A stretch of DNA of 59,888 nt, filler included, from Rhizaria sp. SCN 62-66 (lineage: Eukaryota): the NCBI GenBank assembly GCA_001724265.1. It is 2 parts of 2 records of this genome, joined end to end, with 100 filler letters (N's around TTAATTAATTAA, not from the genome) between each part and the next. Parts side by side here need not be neighbours in the genome. Positions count along the whole stretch, not along the records: positions 1 to 29,899 come from MEDY01000373.1; 1 more part is not named here. The stretch is one strand, 5' to 3'. The position numbers were made by a program, and so were the translations under genes. The notes beneath the pieces are model-generated. The model was not told where the DNA came from, made no database searches, and saw only the letters and a list, made by a program, of their open reading frames with translations. Position 1 is the first letter of the stretch. Every line of letters begins with the position of its first letter. This document shows, piece by piece, positions 11,201 through 24,760 of this stretch.

Positions 11201-14200
11201 GCAGCGCGCCGCCGTGGAGACCAGGGACGGCCCCGTGAAGACCGTGGGCGGCGGCCCACTGACCGTGGACGTGAGCGTGACCGTGGGCGGCGGCAGTGGC
11301 GGCGTTGAGTGGCGTAACGAGCGTTGCCGTGCGCGACATCGGCGGCCGCTGCTGCGACGCCGACAGCTGCAGCACGAGCGGCGACTGCATCAGTCGCGCA
11401 CTCTCAGCCATTGCTGCCGTTGCCGCCGCCGCTGCGGCGTCTGCAACCGCGTTCGACATGCCCGCCGCAGCTGCAATCTGAGCCCCTGTTGCTGCGGTGA
11501 CAGCAGCAGTCGGCGTACCTTGCGTCAACTGCATCGACTGCAGCGGCGGCATTGGCGTCCTCATGACCGGCAGCGACACCAGTGCGCCGCCGCAGGCCGC
11601 GCAGAGCCTGCCCGTGGCCGACAGCGCACGCTTCTCCTCCTCCGCGCGCGCGGCCCAGCCCCAGCCCTTCTGCGCCTCGTGCTCTCCGCCATACTCGTCG
11701 CACCCGTCCTCCTCCTCGCCCGCCCCCGCCGCAGCTGCAGCCGCACCCCCGTGCACAGCGGCCGGTGCTGCTGCAGCTGCGGTGGTGCGGGCGAGCGCGG
11801 CGTTGGCGGCGGCGTTGGCGGCGGCGGCGGCGCGCTCGCGGGCTAGTTGGCGCGAGAACCGCACAGCGGCGAGCGCGAGCGAGCGCTGCGTCGGCAGCGG
11901 CAGCAGGCGCAGCAGCGTGGCGAGCGCGGGGGCGGTGAGCGCGGTGTGCTGCTGCGCCTGCGGGACCGCTGCCAATTCGCTGCAGTTGTCGGTGTCTTCG
12001 CTGTCAGTGTCCGCGGTCGCGCTCGCGACCGCGTTGTTGCCGGCGCATGTGCAGAGCTTGGTGTGCGAGATTGGCACCGCGAGCAAGAGCGACAGTGACG
12101 GCGGCAGCTGGCCGGGCAGCGACTGCGCGGCCGCGAGCGCCGCCGGCGGCGTCAGCGCGGTGCGGCGCAAATGCTCGCGCACACAGGCACGCTGCCACGC
12201 ACGGCGGCGGCGCTGCGCGGCCGCTACCACGTCGCGCGCCACCGAGGCCACCGTGAACATCACTGCGCTGGGCTTCGACGCTTGAAGCGCGTTTACGGTA
12301 GTTGCGGGAACGATAGAACCTGCGGTGTTGCCATCAGATGCGCTTTTAGCTTCGCTGCTGCTTTCGGCGATCAAACAACTGACGGCACTCGTTTTGACAG
12401 CTGTCGTGCGACCGACACTCGCGCTAGACTTGGCATCGTTGGCGTACGTCCCCAAAGCTTCTTCGAGTGTAAGTGGCCGGCCCCAGTCGCACCAGCCTCC
12501 GCAACATCCAGCCCAGTGCGGCTGAGGCTGCGAGTGTGATTGGGACTGCAACTGTAGCTCTGAGCTGTCGTTTCTGTCACTGTTGACATTGTTGCTGTGG
12601 ACGTTGCTGTTGCTCGACGCCTCACAGCCGCAGTGCCCGAGCCACAGCCACGGGCACTCAAGCTTATCCAGCGACGACGCTATAGCTCCGCTGCCACCGC
12701 CGCCGCTGCAGCAGCCGCCGCCACCGCAGCACGTCATTTCCACAGCGCCGTAGCCCGTCGCACCCGCGGGCGTAGAGGCCGCCGAGGACCGCGCCCAGAA
12801 ACGCAGTCCGCGCCCGCGCTTGCTGCTCTGCGCACCCGACGCCGTGGACGACAGCGGGGGCAGCCCGCCGACCGCGCCGTGGCCGTTGCCGCTGCAGTTG
12901 ATGCTGAGGCTGGCGAGACTGCCGAGCGAGCAAGAGAGTGGGAGTGCGCTTGGCGTCGCCAACGCGCTCGGCGTAGGCAGCGCGCGCGGCGTTGACACGG
13001 CGTCGGCAGCAAAACCACCGCACCCGCGTGCGCTCAGCAGCGGCGACGGCCGTGCGCTCGGAGTCTTCGCTTTGCTGTTGGCAGTAGCGGCGTTGGCGTT
13101 GATGCTGTCATTGAAGTGGCGCCGCTGCCACAGCTCCGCCCCGGCCTCAGCGGCGGCGGTGAGGCGCGCCACGGCTCCCGCCACCGCGGTCACGGCAGCG
13201 GCCGCCGTCACTGCGGGGCCCTCGGGAGCGAACCGCTGCGTCGCCGCCGCGGCCGCGACCGCGGGCGACTGCGACCGCGACTGCAACTGCGTCTGCAGCT
13301 GGGATCGTGAAGACTGCGGGAATGCAGCGGTGACGCTGAGTGTCGCCGGCGAGGGCAGCACGGGGACGAACACGCACGGCAGCGCTGCCGAGGCGGACAC
13401 GGGAGCAAGTAACGCTTTCGTCGCAGCCGCTGCGGCGGCACACGCGATCTGCCCAGTCATGCTCTCGCCCTCAGCAACAATCGCATCCGCACCCGGGAGA
13501 GCGTTTGCGTGTCCGTGCGAGTTTGAGTTCGCGTGTACAAGAGCATTGCCGGTGGCAACGGCGGACGTGCTATGAGAGAACACAAGGGCCGCCGCTTGTG
13601 CCGCGGCAGCCACACAGCACACGGGCGCAAACACGACGTCTGTTGTCGCCACCGCCGCTCTCAACGATCCCCCGCTCGCGCTGCTGCCGCCGCTGACGCC
13701 GCTGTAGACGCCGCTGCCGCTGCCGCTGTAGTTGCCGTGACCGTACGCACCGCGCGTACTGGGACTCGCGAGTCCGGGCTGGAACGCGTGCCCGTACCCG
13801 TGCCCCGCGCTGCCGGCGACGCCTCTGTTGTTGAAGTTTCCGCCGAAGTGAGCGAGGCTACTATTGGCGAGAATGTTGTTGACGTTGTCCTGTCCAGCGA
13901 TAAGAGGCACAGCGTTAGCTGGACTTGGCAAGCCTGCAGCGTCGATCCCGCCGTTCATGGCAGCTGCTAGCCACCATTCCTCGTCCAACGCGTCCCCACT
14001 GCGCACCGCGCCTGCCACCGCGTCATTTGCACCGACCCCTGCGCCGAGGGCGGCGTGAGCGTTCGTGACGGGGCGCGGGGACGGCAGCATCAGCGGCCCT
14101 GGCCTCAGGCTCTCGCCGCTGCCGCTGCGCACGCGACCCGCGGTCACAGCGCCCGCACCGCCGTTGCCGCTGCTGCTACCGTGACTGTTGCCGCCCACGG

Positions 14201-16069
14201 CGTTGCTGCTAGCGCCACTGCTGGCGGCGGCAGAGTTGGGCTTCGGAGTGTGTATCGGTGCAATGGCGCCGCGCGCAAGCAGGGCCAGAGCCCAGAGAAA
14301 CGCTTGTTTGCGCGCCGTGGCCGCCCGCGCCGCCGCCGCCGCCGCCGCGCTGGCTGCCGCCGCCGGGGTCGCAATCGGCACTACGGGCCCCGCGAAAACG
14401 TCGCCGTCCTCCCCTCCACCGTCACGGCCACGGTTGCGACTGCGCGGGGTCTTCAGACTGCCGAGGCCGAGCCCGTTGTTGTTGTAGCTGTAACTCTGCG
14501 GAGTCGCCGCCGCGCTGCTCGTGCAAGACAACGGCGCGGTGACACCGGCGCCGGCGGCGTTGGGCGTAAAGGGGACCGCGGGCGTGACCGTGGGCGTGAC
14601 CGTGGGCGTGAGCGTGAGAGCCCCCGCGGCGGCGGGCGAGGCGAGGAAAGCCCCCAGCGTGCAGAGGCAGACGCACGGCAATGCCACGGCGGGCACCTGC
14701 GCGGTAAAGGCGGCCACAGCGGCCGAGACGGCAGTTGCGCGGGCGGAGAGCGCGGCGCAGTCGGGGCAGGCCGCGGCGGACGCGTCGACGCCACTCGGTG
14801 AGTCTGCCGCGATGGCCTGTGCTGCACTTGCCGACATCACTGCACTGGCAGACGCTGCTGATGCGTCGTCATTGCTGCTTGGGTTGCTGCAGCCGCTGTC
14901 GGAATACAGGCCGAGGCTAAAGTCCGCGTTTGCGTTGGATCTCTTGTTGTTGCCATAAGTGTTGTTGTTGGTGGTGTTGTTTTGCGGGCGGATGTTGAGA
15001 GGATACGTGGAGAGCAGCCAGTCGCCGCTGCCAGCGTCGGCCAAAATCGAGTCGTGTCTTGCCACAGCGCCTGTTAGCGCGCCAGCCTGAGCCCCGTTGC
15101 CAGTCAAATCAGCAGTCACATCGCTATTAGAGGCAGTGTTGTGTGCCTGCAGTGGGCGAGACTCCGGGACAGTGCTGAGAGCGCTGTGTGTATTGAGAGC
15201 GCGGGGCCGCCGCGGGCGCTGCGGGCAATGCTGCGGGCACCGCGCGAGCTGCTGCTGCTGTAGCTGTAGGATTGCACTCGCTGCAGCGCAGACACCGCCG
15301 CCAGCAAGGCCGCCAGAGTGGCTATTGTTCCCGTTGACTGCAGCGGCACCTGTTGTGTACGTGACGCAGTGGGCTTGCGCGGTGTCGGCCGCAAATGCCG
15401 CCGAGAGGCACTTGAAGACAGTGTCCGCGAGGTACGCCTGCTCCGTGTGTACTGGCGCGGTGAGTACGCGTGACAGGGCCGCGAGTTCTGACGGCGGAAG
15501 CTGGCGGAGGAAGGCGGAGAGCACGGGAGCGAAGGCCGCGGAGTAGGTGGGCACGCCGCGCGCGTAGAGACCGCGCAGGTGGGAAATGAGAGGTGTAAAC
15601 TGTGTGCGTGGGAAAAGTTAAGAAAGTCAAGATGTTTAATTAATTGAGTATCCCGAAGACAAGTCTGAGCTGAACAAGAATAGTTGTTGTTCTAGTGGGG
15701 GCAGATACGTACGGAAGAGCGGAAGCTCTTGCTTGCGAGGATAGGCAAGTAACAAGTGGCGGCGTCAACCCACTCTGCGAGAGCTAAAGGGGCAATGTAC
15801 TCCTCACATTTGCTTTGTGGCGGGCTTGTGCGCAACGCCTGCGGATGTTCAAGAGGCCGATTGAAAGAGTCGTATTCGTGAGTCGGTGGAGGTGGGCAAT
15901 ATGAGGCAGGTGTGCAATTACATCTTGGTTTGTAACAGCGCAATCACTGTTTAACTCTTCAAATAAGTTCTATCAGCAGTTGACGATGGGACGTGCGGTA
16001 AAATGAGACGAAGAGACGGACCTGCAGCAGAGTTCGATTGTCAACAACGCGCGACGTGCTGGCGCCCAT
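8235..16069 (-). CDS. Large (~2500 aa) low-complexity unknown protein with predicted N-myristoylation start (MGASTS); exons 16069-16022, 15969-15922, 15838-15713, 15599-8235; in-frame TAGs at 10020-10022 and 8589-8591
   Basis: ORFs 10020..15554, 8589..9731 and 8235..8570 share one frame and are separated only by TAG. Upstream phase-0 GT..AG introns (GTCCGT, GTAATT, GTACGT donors) link to ATG GGC GCC AGC ACG TCG at 16069. Stop TGA at 8235-8237. The small 5' exons are inferred. Confidence 0.65.
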
Positions 16070-17220
16070 TGCACTTTAGTACCACAGCACGCGCGATGTT
16101 GCTGAACAAATGAATAGCTGTTCAATTAAAATGCGCTTCAAAAAAGTAAGATCACCCTTCTATAGCGCTGTTGAGTTGCTATATCGAGCAAGAATGCAAT
16201 TTCCTGATTTTTTCAACTTGAACATGACCGTTTGTGGTTCGCCAGCGCTGGGTCCGTCACCCGACCAGTCAATGCGGTCACTGGCGCTCAAGAGACGATT
16301 TCAAGTTGATCAAGTCACGAAAGAAATCGTGGTGTCTTTAAATCACAATAGGTATGTTTGTTAGCTTGTGAGCTAACTCGTTTGCATTAATATTACTCTC
16401 GAAATCGATTTTTCGCGAGGTTTGTGACGTATGCACAGACCGCTATCTCACTGACTGGGATCGACAACACCAATGTAAACGCTTCAGTTTGAATGGGCCT
16501 CACGCGGTGCCCCAAATGCGGCTGCATATGGCATCTCGAACTTGATTACGCTGATGATGGGACCGATATATATAGTGCACATGTACCCACATGCGACACG
16601 AGTCTAGTATTGTCACACGACATGGTGCCGGTCAGAAATACACTGGGACTACACGTAATATATGAAATTTAAATTTAGCAGTAATATTCACAATAGATGT
16701 GCGCATTTGTAATTATAAGCTATGTCTATAGTATTGCAGCTGTTTATTCAATAGTGGCCAGTCAAATGTCACCATGTCGGTTCGCAAAAAATCGAGGGAG
16801 AGCTGTTGTGCAGAAACCGACCTGTCAGTTTTGCCCGAGTTCATGATCAAAACATCCGTTAGTAGACTTCTATTTTGAATAGTGTACTTGCAGATAGTAT
16901 ATCTCGCTAATGCTACTTTGGTGTGCTCAATACCGCGCTTATGTCTTCCTACCTGTCCTCTTCTTTTCCCTGGTCCTGCATCGACACAACTCCAAGCTTT
17001 GAACACTCCCAAAGTGCCCTGCAACTGTATTACCACAAGCTTGTCCAGCTATCACAGCTAATCGCAGTTTACTGTCCACGTTTTACTAGAAACGCAGGTC
17101 TAGACGTGCTTTACATCTCACTGCACGTCGCCAGATCACTCTGAAGCAACACACTCCCTTGCACAATCCGCATCGTTGCTTTAAGCACACAGAGAGCTAT
17201 CTGCACCCTCACAGCCATCC

Positions 17221-20200
17221 ATGCAGTCTCCACCGACGCTCTCTGAGCGTGAGGAGCGCCAGCGGCGCCAGGCGGCGTACCGACAGGAGCTGGAACAGCA
17301 GCTCGCGACGAAGCAGGCTGCCGGCGGGGTCGACCTGGACCAGTACAACCACAAGGGGCGCATCGCGCTCAAGAACGCGCTGCAGTCCGCTAACAACAAC
17401 AATAGCGCTGCCAACAGCAATGTGACGGCGTATGGCGCGGGATCGTCGCCGTCTGCGCCCTCGTTTGTCACCAACAGCGCCCCCAGTGGCAACAGCAGCA
17501 ACAACAATGGTGGTGTTTTTTACGGCAACAACAACGGCGGCGGGGGCGTGTATCCGCAACTGTCACCCCCCAGCGCGGACTACCAGGGCTACGGCTACGG
17601 TGCCGGTGCCCCGACATCCTCCGCCTCCGGGTACGGGGCTGACCCGAGCTCTGGCTACAGCAGTAACAACAACAACGCTGTCGGCGGTGCGAGCGGTGTG
17701 AGCGACTACTCAGACCCCATGGCCCTCTATGCCAACGCTTACGCCAGCCCGTACACGTCCAACCCGTACGCCCAGCTCCAAGCACCACCCACGCAGCCTC
17801 TCCAGCCGCCGCAGCCGCCGCCGCCGTCTGTGACTGTAGGTCCGCCCGTTTCGCTTGCACTGGCACCGCTGTCAATGCCTGCTTTGCCTCCACTGGCGCC
17901 GCCGCCGGCTCCGCTGCTGCCGCCGCCGACCGCGAGCTACCTCTCCTCGGCCACACCGAACTACGGCGGCGGCGTCGGCTCTCTGTCGTCGCAGCCGTAC
18001 TCTGGCGCTGGCGTTGGCGCTGCGCCAGTGTATTCCTACCCCGGTCTGACGCCGAGTCCCTACGACAGTAACTTCGCCAACAACAACAACAACAACGGCG
18101 GCAATATCGGCGGATACAACCCGGCTCCCGTTGCTGGCTCAGCAGCGCCCTACAGCTACGGGCCCGCTAGCGCCTCTAACAGCAACAACAACAACGCGGC
18201 TGCCTTCGCGAGCCTCGGCGGCGGCAGCTCTAGCTCTAGCTCGAGCTCTAGCGCGAACTCTGGCGCTGGCGCCGGTGCAGGCATGATGAGCATCGGCGGC
18301 GGCGAGCAGAGCGCCGCTGCTGCGAAACGCGAGGCCGCTCGGCGCTACCGCGAGGAGCTCGAAAAGCAAGCCGCCGAGGCCAAAGAGCGCCGCGACGACG
18401 CCAAGGCGTTGCGCAAAGGCAACGATCCCCCGTCTCTGCTCCGTATGCAGCAGCAACAGCAACAGCAGCAGCAAGGACAGGGCCAGTACAATGGCGGCTA
18501 CAGTGACAACAGCTATAGCAACAACAACAATAACAACGTTAGCGGTGGCAACAACAACAACGGTGCGTACGGCGCTGCGAGCGCGTACAATAGCGGTGGC
18601 AACGGTGCGTACAGTGCGCCGCCCGTTGCGCCCAGCGGTGACCCTGCGGCTGACGCGCGGCGGCAGGCCAAGGCAGACTTACGCGCGCAGATGGAGGCCG
18701 CGGCCAGCGCTAAGGCAGCGGCCAAGAAGCGGCAGCAGGAGGAAAGCGCGCTTGAGGAGCTGAAGCTGGAGCGCGAGCGCAAAGTCATGGCTGCCCGGTT
18801 TGATGCCGAGAAAGAAGAGGAGATTCGCCGTGCGAAGGAGAAGGAGGAGCGCAAGGCGGGCAAGATCCCCCAGTCCAACAGCGCTGGCGCTGGCGCTGGC
18901 GCTGCCAATGCTTCCAGCAGCAATTACCCCCCGTTTAACGACGGCAACACCCGCGGCAACAAAAACGGCGGTGGAAATGGCGGTAATTCCAGTGTTGGCG
19001 GTGGCGATGACGCGGACTTGGTCGCAGAGGACCCGCCCCCGGGGCTGGGCGCGGCCGCGAAGCAGCGTTGGATGCGGCTGCAGGCCGCCAAAGTGGCGCG
19101 CGCCCGCGAGGCCCGCGGGCTCTCCAGCAACAACGCCGGTAGCGACAATAGCTTCAGCGGGAACAACAACAGCAACATGAGTTAGCAAGGCCAGGGGTTC
19201 GGCGGTCCCGCCGGCGCCTACGGGCCCCCGGGCTCCGCGGGCCCCGACTACGCCCCCGGCGTCAACAACAACGGCGGCAGCGGCGGCGCGCCGTACCCAG
19301 ACCAAGGCGGCTACAACGGCGGCAACTATGGCGGCGGCGGTTATGGCGCGAATGGGTACCCGGTGAGCAACCCCAACCTGGGCTACGAGGCGGGCTACGG
19401 CGGCGGCGGCGGCGGCTACGGGCTGGGCGGCGGCTACGGTCCCCGCAACGGCGGCGCCATGAACCCCAACGCTGGCTACGACGGCGGGTTCGATAGCGGG
19501 GTTGCGTGGGAGGTCCAGCACCTGCGGCTTGACTTAAAGCAGCAGCACGACGACGCCCGGCGTCGCATGGGCGGTGATGGACAGGGCGCGCTGGGGCGGC
19601 CGGGACAAGGCCCTAGCCCGGGGCAATACGCACCGGTGTCGTATGACCAGCAGCAGCATGGCAATGGAGAAGACTATAACAACAACAACAACGGGTACCA
19701 GCAACAGCAACAGCTTGGTTACAACAACAACGGCGATTATTACAATCATAATGTTGGATACCAGCGCCCGATGTCCAGCCGCCGCGCCGCCGCCGCCGCG
19801 GCCGCCTACCCAAGCTACGGCCCCAGCGGTTTCCCCTCCGCGACGGGCGCTGTGGCCGCCATTGACGGCATTTTGCGCGGCATCTCCCGGCCGACGTCGG
19901 TGCAGGGTGCGCGCGACGCTCCGGTGCCCGGGCCTGTGCCAGCGCCAGTGTTCTCTGACAACGGGTACGGGGGCAACAACAACTACTACAACGGGGGCGG
20001 CGGCTACGGCGGTGGCAGTCATGTCAACAACAGCTACCGCGCAGGCACGCCCACGTACGGCCGCCGCTCGCGCCCCGGGTCTGCGGTGCCGCCTCTACTC
20101 TACAACGGCAATGGCGGTAACGGCGCTGGCTCCAGGCCCGGGTCCGCGAACGGCCGCAACGGCGGCATGTTCGCAGCTGCCTTCGCGCCCAATGGCGGCA

Positions 20201-20850
20201 ACGGCGGCAACAGCCGCAGCGGCGGCGAGGGCGGCGCTGAGAACATGCTTGCAGGGACGCTGCAGTCTGATTCACAGTCCGTCGCGGCCAACGCCACGTT
20301 CACGGCGTTGTTCGACGGCGTCACGCCCCGCGTGCCGCCCGCAGTGGCCGCGGCTCGCGCGGAGGCCGAGACGGAGAAGGAGATGGCTGCCATGGGCCTC
20401 GGGAAACACGGCGCTGCAAACGCGAGAGGCGTGGGCGACAGCGGTGGTAGCCACAACGCGATGCTTGATGCGAGTCTGAACCTCGACCTCAACGTGTCGT
20501 CGGCCGCGCTCCTCCATAGTAGCAATGCCGGGAATGTGACCGGTACAAAGCGCGTGCCGAGCGCCGGCCGCCGCGCTGCGCTTGCTGCGACTGCGCACGC
20601 CTCTGGCTCAACCCCGACCAAGGTTGCCGTCGGCGCCGGTAACAACTTCAGCAGTAATAGCCGCGGACCTGTGCGCGTGATTGCTCCCGGTCATTTTGCC
20701 GATGCGGATGACCATGACCACGTGTACACCGGAGCTCATAATGAAGGGGTGGGGGACCTGGCGGGGTTGTCTGCGGAAGACCACGCGATGCTGGGCTCGG
20801 ACCCCTCTGGCGCGGTGATTGCGCGGTTTATGGGCGGTAGTAAGGCGTAA
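17221..20850 (+). CDS. Gly/Asn/Tyr/Pro-rich coiled-coil protein, possibly CSPP1/CCDC66-like centrosomal/ciliary protein; in-frame TAG at 19183-19185
   Basis: ORFs 17221..19185 and 19363..20850 are in the same frame (offset 2142) and joined through AGT-TAG-CAA-GGC-CAG-GGG with unchanged composition. Repeated charged helices YRQELEQQ and YREELEKQ resemble CSPP1/CCDC66 motifs (tentative). Stop TAA. Confidence 0.65.
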
Positions 20851-21157
20851 ACATAGCATAAGAGCTAGACGTTTGCGTCTGGTAACTTTCTTCGTCGGTC
20901 TGTTGTGACATTATTGTTTTAACAATTCTGTGATGATTTTTGAGTTTGTTTGAGTATAACGATGAGAATGATTTGTTTTGTATTCGATGTGTATGATGCA
21001 TTGATGTGTAGTTTATTGTGAAAAATAAAATAGACAAGTGAACTTTTAACTTGCACGTTATCTTGGCATCGAACATGTATCACTGTGATGGATGATTCAA
21101 TCACTGTATCTATGTCTGTTATCTCAGTACATCTTTTAAGCTAGATATGCATCACAT

Positions 21158-24100
21158 TTAGTTTGAATGCTTGTAATCATCTGGATATGCTGCCATGTCA
21201 ATGCACGCCGTTACGGCAGCTACGGCCTCAACCAACGCAAGCACAGCAGCAGGCTTCCACGGCGGGTTAGAGATTGAAGTATGTCGACGGTTAGTGTCGG
21301 CAGTCAAGTCGTCAATGGCGCTGAGAACGCAGTTTGCAAGCACAAACTCTTGTGTGCCGGACGTGAACCATGTCAGGACAGTGGCGGTGGGGCTAATCTT
21401 AGAACACTACGCAACGCTTTCGAACACTCGCTCGATGATATTGCTGAGAGCTTTGACTGTCACGGGAGCTTGCTGACAATCGATTTGAAGGTCGAAATTT
21501 CGGCAGTTTGTAGATTTTGTGTCAGCACGAAGGTCACACGTTGCAGCAACCACCTTACGGCGCGCGCCGCGCATCGCTTCGGCCCATTTTCCCATCGGTG
21601 CCTTAACAGTCTCAAGCAAGCCATGCGCGGCCGACTGCTCGCGTTCAGAGCTGTCCGCGAACGAGAGCAGCCCCTCTGTCGCGCGCGTTGCATGCAAAGA
21701 CAACAACAGCGCGCCACAGCGTGCGTGAGTGATTGCAGTCGGACTGCTTGCGCGACAACAAAGGCTTTTGTCTGTCTGCAAGTCAGTACACGTGGGTGCA
21801 TGCGCATGAGCACGTGCTCTATCAGCAAGCAGATAGCTTGTGATGTCAACGCCATGCCGGGCAGCAACGCGCTCTGGTACATATGCACTGCGCATGCACG
21901 CATACGCGCACAGCTGCGCACCACACTCCCCGCTCTTATCATGTGCACATCGGCGGGGCGCGACTGCAGCATGACGTTCATCTGTCACATCACTCGTGGG
22001 ATTCTCGCTCTCCGTATCAGCCATGGTAGCAGCGTCGGTAAAGCCTCGAGGCACGACAAACACGTCAAGAGCAGCGTGGCGCCAGCGCGGGGAACCCAAA
22101 TGGCGTGCGATCGGCGAGACCCCCTTAGACCGCGGTGTAAGTGCCCACGGGACGACTGCGTGCGCCCACAGTGCGGAGCCCGCTGCGGTGGCGGCTGAGG
22201 CGGCATGGTATGCGCGCTGCAGAGGGGCCAGCGCACCCATCAGCATGCCACTGTGCAGGCGCTCTAGATCATCAACTGAACTGCCTAGAATAGGAAGAGA
22301 AGACTCGCAGAGCAGATCGTAGTCGTTGCACCGCTCCGCCGAGTGAGCAAGCGTTGTAGTTAAGCTGCACAGCAATCCTGTATGCATCTTCAAATTAGGA
22401 CTTCGAGTAAGCGCAGTTGCCAGAGAGCCAAACAAAGTCACCTTATGAAACCCGTTAAGCTCACTTTGAGGAAATTTGCTATTGGGCTTGGTGCTACTGT
22501 TAGTCGAATCAAGCACTAGCTCGCGAGCAATTGCGACTGCGTAAGCTGGGGTGACAGGATTCGCAAACTCAACTCCTTTCAATGTACGAACACCAGCGCT
22601 GTTAAGCTCATGCAGCTCGGGCAGCGGGTCAAGAAACAAGGTTTTGCGATCAGTGGATAACAAAATCGACGTATACTCAGGCACCTTGCACCGATGACTT
22701 GCTAGCGTATCGCTGGATTGTTTGCTCATTGCAAGCGGCATAGCACGCTTCCCCTGCTTGTCCAAGAATACAAACAGTGGTGATACGTCACCATTCTCAT
22801 ATCGCGGCAACAGCGCATTCGACAAGGAAGCGGAAGCGTGGTACTCTGACCCGGGAGTAGCTCGCTGCTACAAGGCTTTGCTGTCCTTTGATAGCGTGCG
22901 TTTTAGCGCATCGGGGACGCTCAAAGTGAGGCTGTGCCACAACGCACTTAATAACGCTGTATACGGGGCAGCGTGCGCGCTTTGAGAAGCGCCAGAGTGG
23001 CGCACAGTCGGGCGCATATGCAGTGGAACACTGAGCATCGCAAAGAAAGCATTGATGCCACCGAGAGTCGCGGAGTTGCTCAGCGTGAACGCGCAAACTG
23101 CGGTTGACTGCAGATAGTTGTCGTGTGCAGTGTGTGAGATCAGGGTTACAAGCAGTGGTAGGAGCGCGATCGCAGCCTTGCCGACCGAGAACTGACTGTC
23201 TTCACACGGAGAGTCCTGCTGCTGCCGCTGTTGCTCCGGATGATGTGGCAGCGGGGCCTTGTCGGGGCTTGCATCCGCGCCTGCAGCCAGCGCCAGTTCA
23301 AGCACTGCAGACAGGTGCACACGACGCAACGGCAACAAAAGCGCTCGCAGCAAGTCTGCAGCCACGCGTACGCTGAAGAGGTGCCTGGACGCCTCTAAGG
23401 GGGTCGTTTCGAGAAGGTTAATCGACCTTATCGTGCGCATAACTGCTGCATCGGCAGCGACAGCGGCGGAGGCGCGCTTGTCCACGATAGCAATGCGCTC
23501 CGCCACGTCAGAAATCTCGTTGTCACTGTCACATTCACACTCTGCTGCTGCATCAGAACCTTCCGTAGTGGTGACTGTGAGTACAATTCGTTGCAGCGCA
23601 GCGATGACCAACTGCGGCAGCGGCTCAAACTGGGGCGGCAACAACACATTCGTCCAGTCTGTGTCACCAGGCTGCGGGAGTAATCCTTCAACCCCGCGAA
23701 CTGTCCGCTGGCGATACTCTGCGGCAGCATATGAAACAACACCAGTAACTGTAACTGTTAGCACTGCAGCTGTAACCGTACGCGCGTCCGCCGCGGCCCA
23801 TGCATCGTCCTGCGGGTGAGGCGGTGGCTGGAGAGGAGAGGTGGTGTCCGCCATGAAATCTGCAAGCGCCAGCGTCTCATAACTGCTCACGCGCGTTATT
23901 GAATTACAGCTGGCTGTCTCATCGTCGGCAGTTAATGGATGGCCATTACTTACAGAGTTAAGAGTACGATGCAGTGATCGTAGACTACGCAGCCTGTTGC
24001 CGAGCACGGCAAGTGCCATCTCAGGCACGAACATCACCACTTGCGAGCTGATTAGCCCGTCTACGGGAAGCATTGTGACTGCACCGGCGGCTAGAACAAC

Positions 24101-24760
24101 GCGGAACAACGAAGGTGCGGCTGCAAGTGCAAGCGGGAGTACCAGAGGTAAAGCCCACGCATGTTCGTAGTCAGTCTCCTCAGTAAAACTCTGGGTCAGC
24201 CTGTTGTCAGTTGACGTGAGTGCCGCCGCCGCCGCAGAGAGCTTTGAGAGGACGCTCGGTGCCACATCGGGGCCGGCAAGCTGCGCGAGAATATCGTCGA
24301 CGGACACCTTGATGTAGCTCGCAATGTCTTCGTCATCGTCATCCTCGTCATCCTCAGGCTACGCGGCCGCAGGCACAGCACAGTCAGTGCCGTCATTGCA
24401 CAGCTTATTGATACTACTCACGACGGCCGACTCAAGCTCACCACACGCAATCGATAGAGATAGTGCCGGTGTGAGAAGCGCGTCTAACGCCAGAAACGCG
24501 CGCACACTCGCATTTTCAGTGGCTTGTGCGGGTGACTTCGACGATTTGAGGACAGTCGCTGTGGTCTCTGCGAGGAACATAAGCCGCTCTAGGAACCCGC
24601 TCTCGCGCAAGAAAGCTGGGTCCAGCATGCCACCATCCGCACCCACCGGCACGCCGAGTGCGCAGACGCGCGGGAACGCGCTCGTGAAGCGGGTCTGGGC
24701 GCAGAAGGGCGCAAAGGGGCGGCGCGGAAACGGGAAACCGTCCTTGGAGTGGGCCGACAT
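21158..24760 (-). CDS. Unknown ~1200 aa protein, largely helical-looking; in-frame TAGs at 24359-24361, 22868-22870 and 21407-21409; true start uncertain
   Basis: ORFs 24359..24781, 22868..24307, 21407..22825 and 21158..21343 are all in one frame and separated only by single TAG codons. Stop TAA at 21158-21160. First ATG in frame at 24760; an upstream exon is possible. Confidence 0.65.

Noticed and set aside
8235-24760. Interpreting the TAG-interrupted genes as pseudogenes or random C-to-T damage
   Set aside because: All interruptions are TAG. I found no internal TAA (from CAA), TGA (from CGA/TGG) or frameshift, which random decay or deamination should also produce. Not fully excluded without reads.
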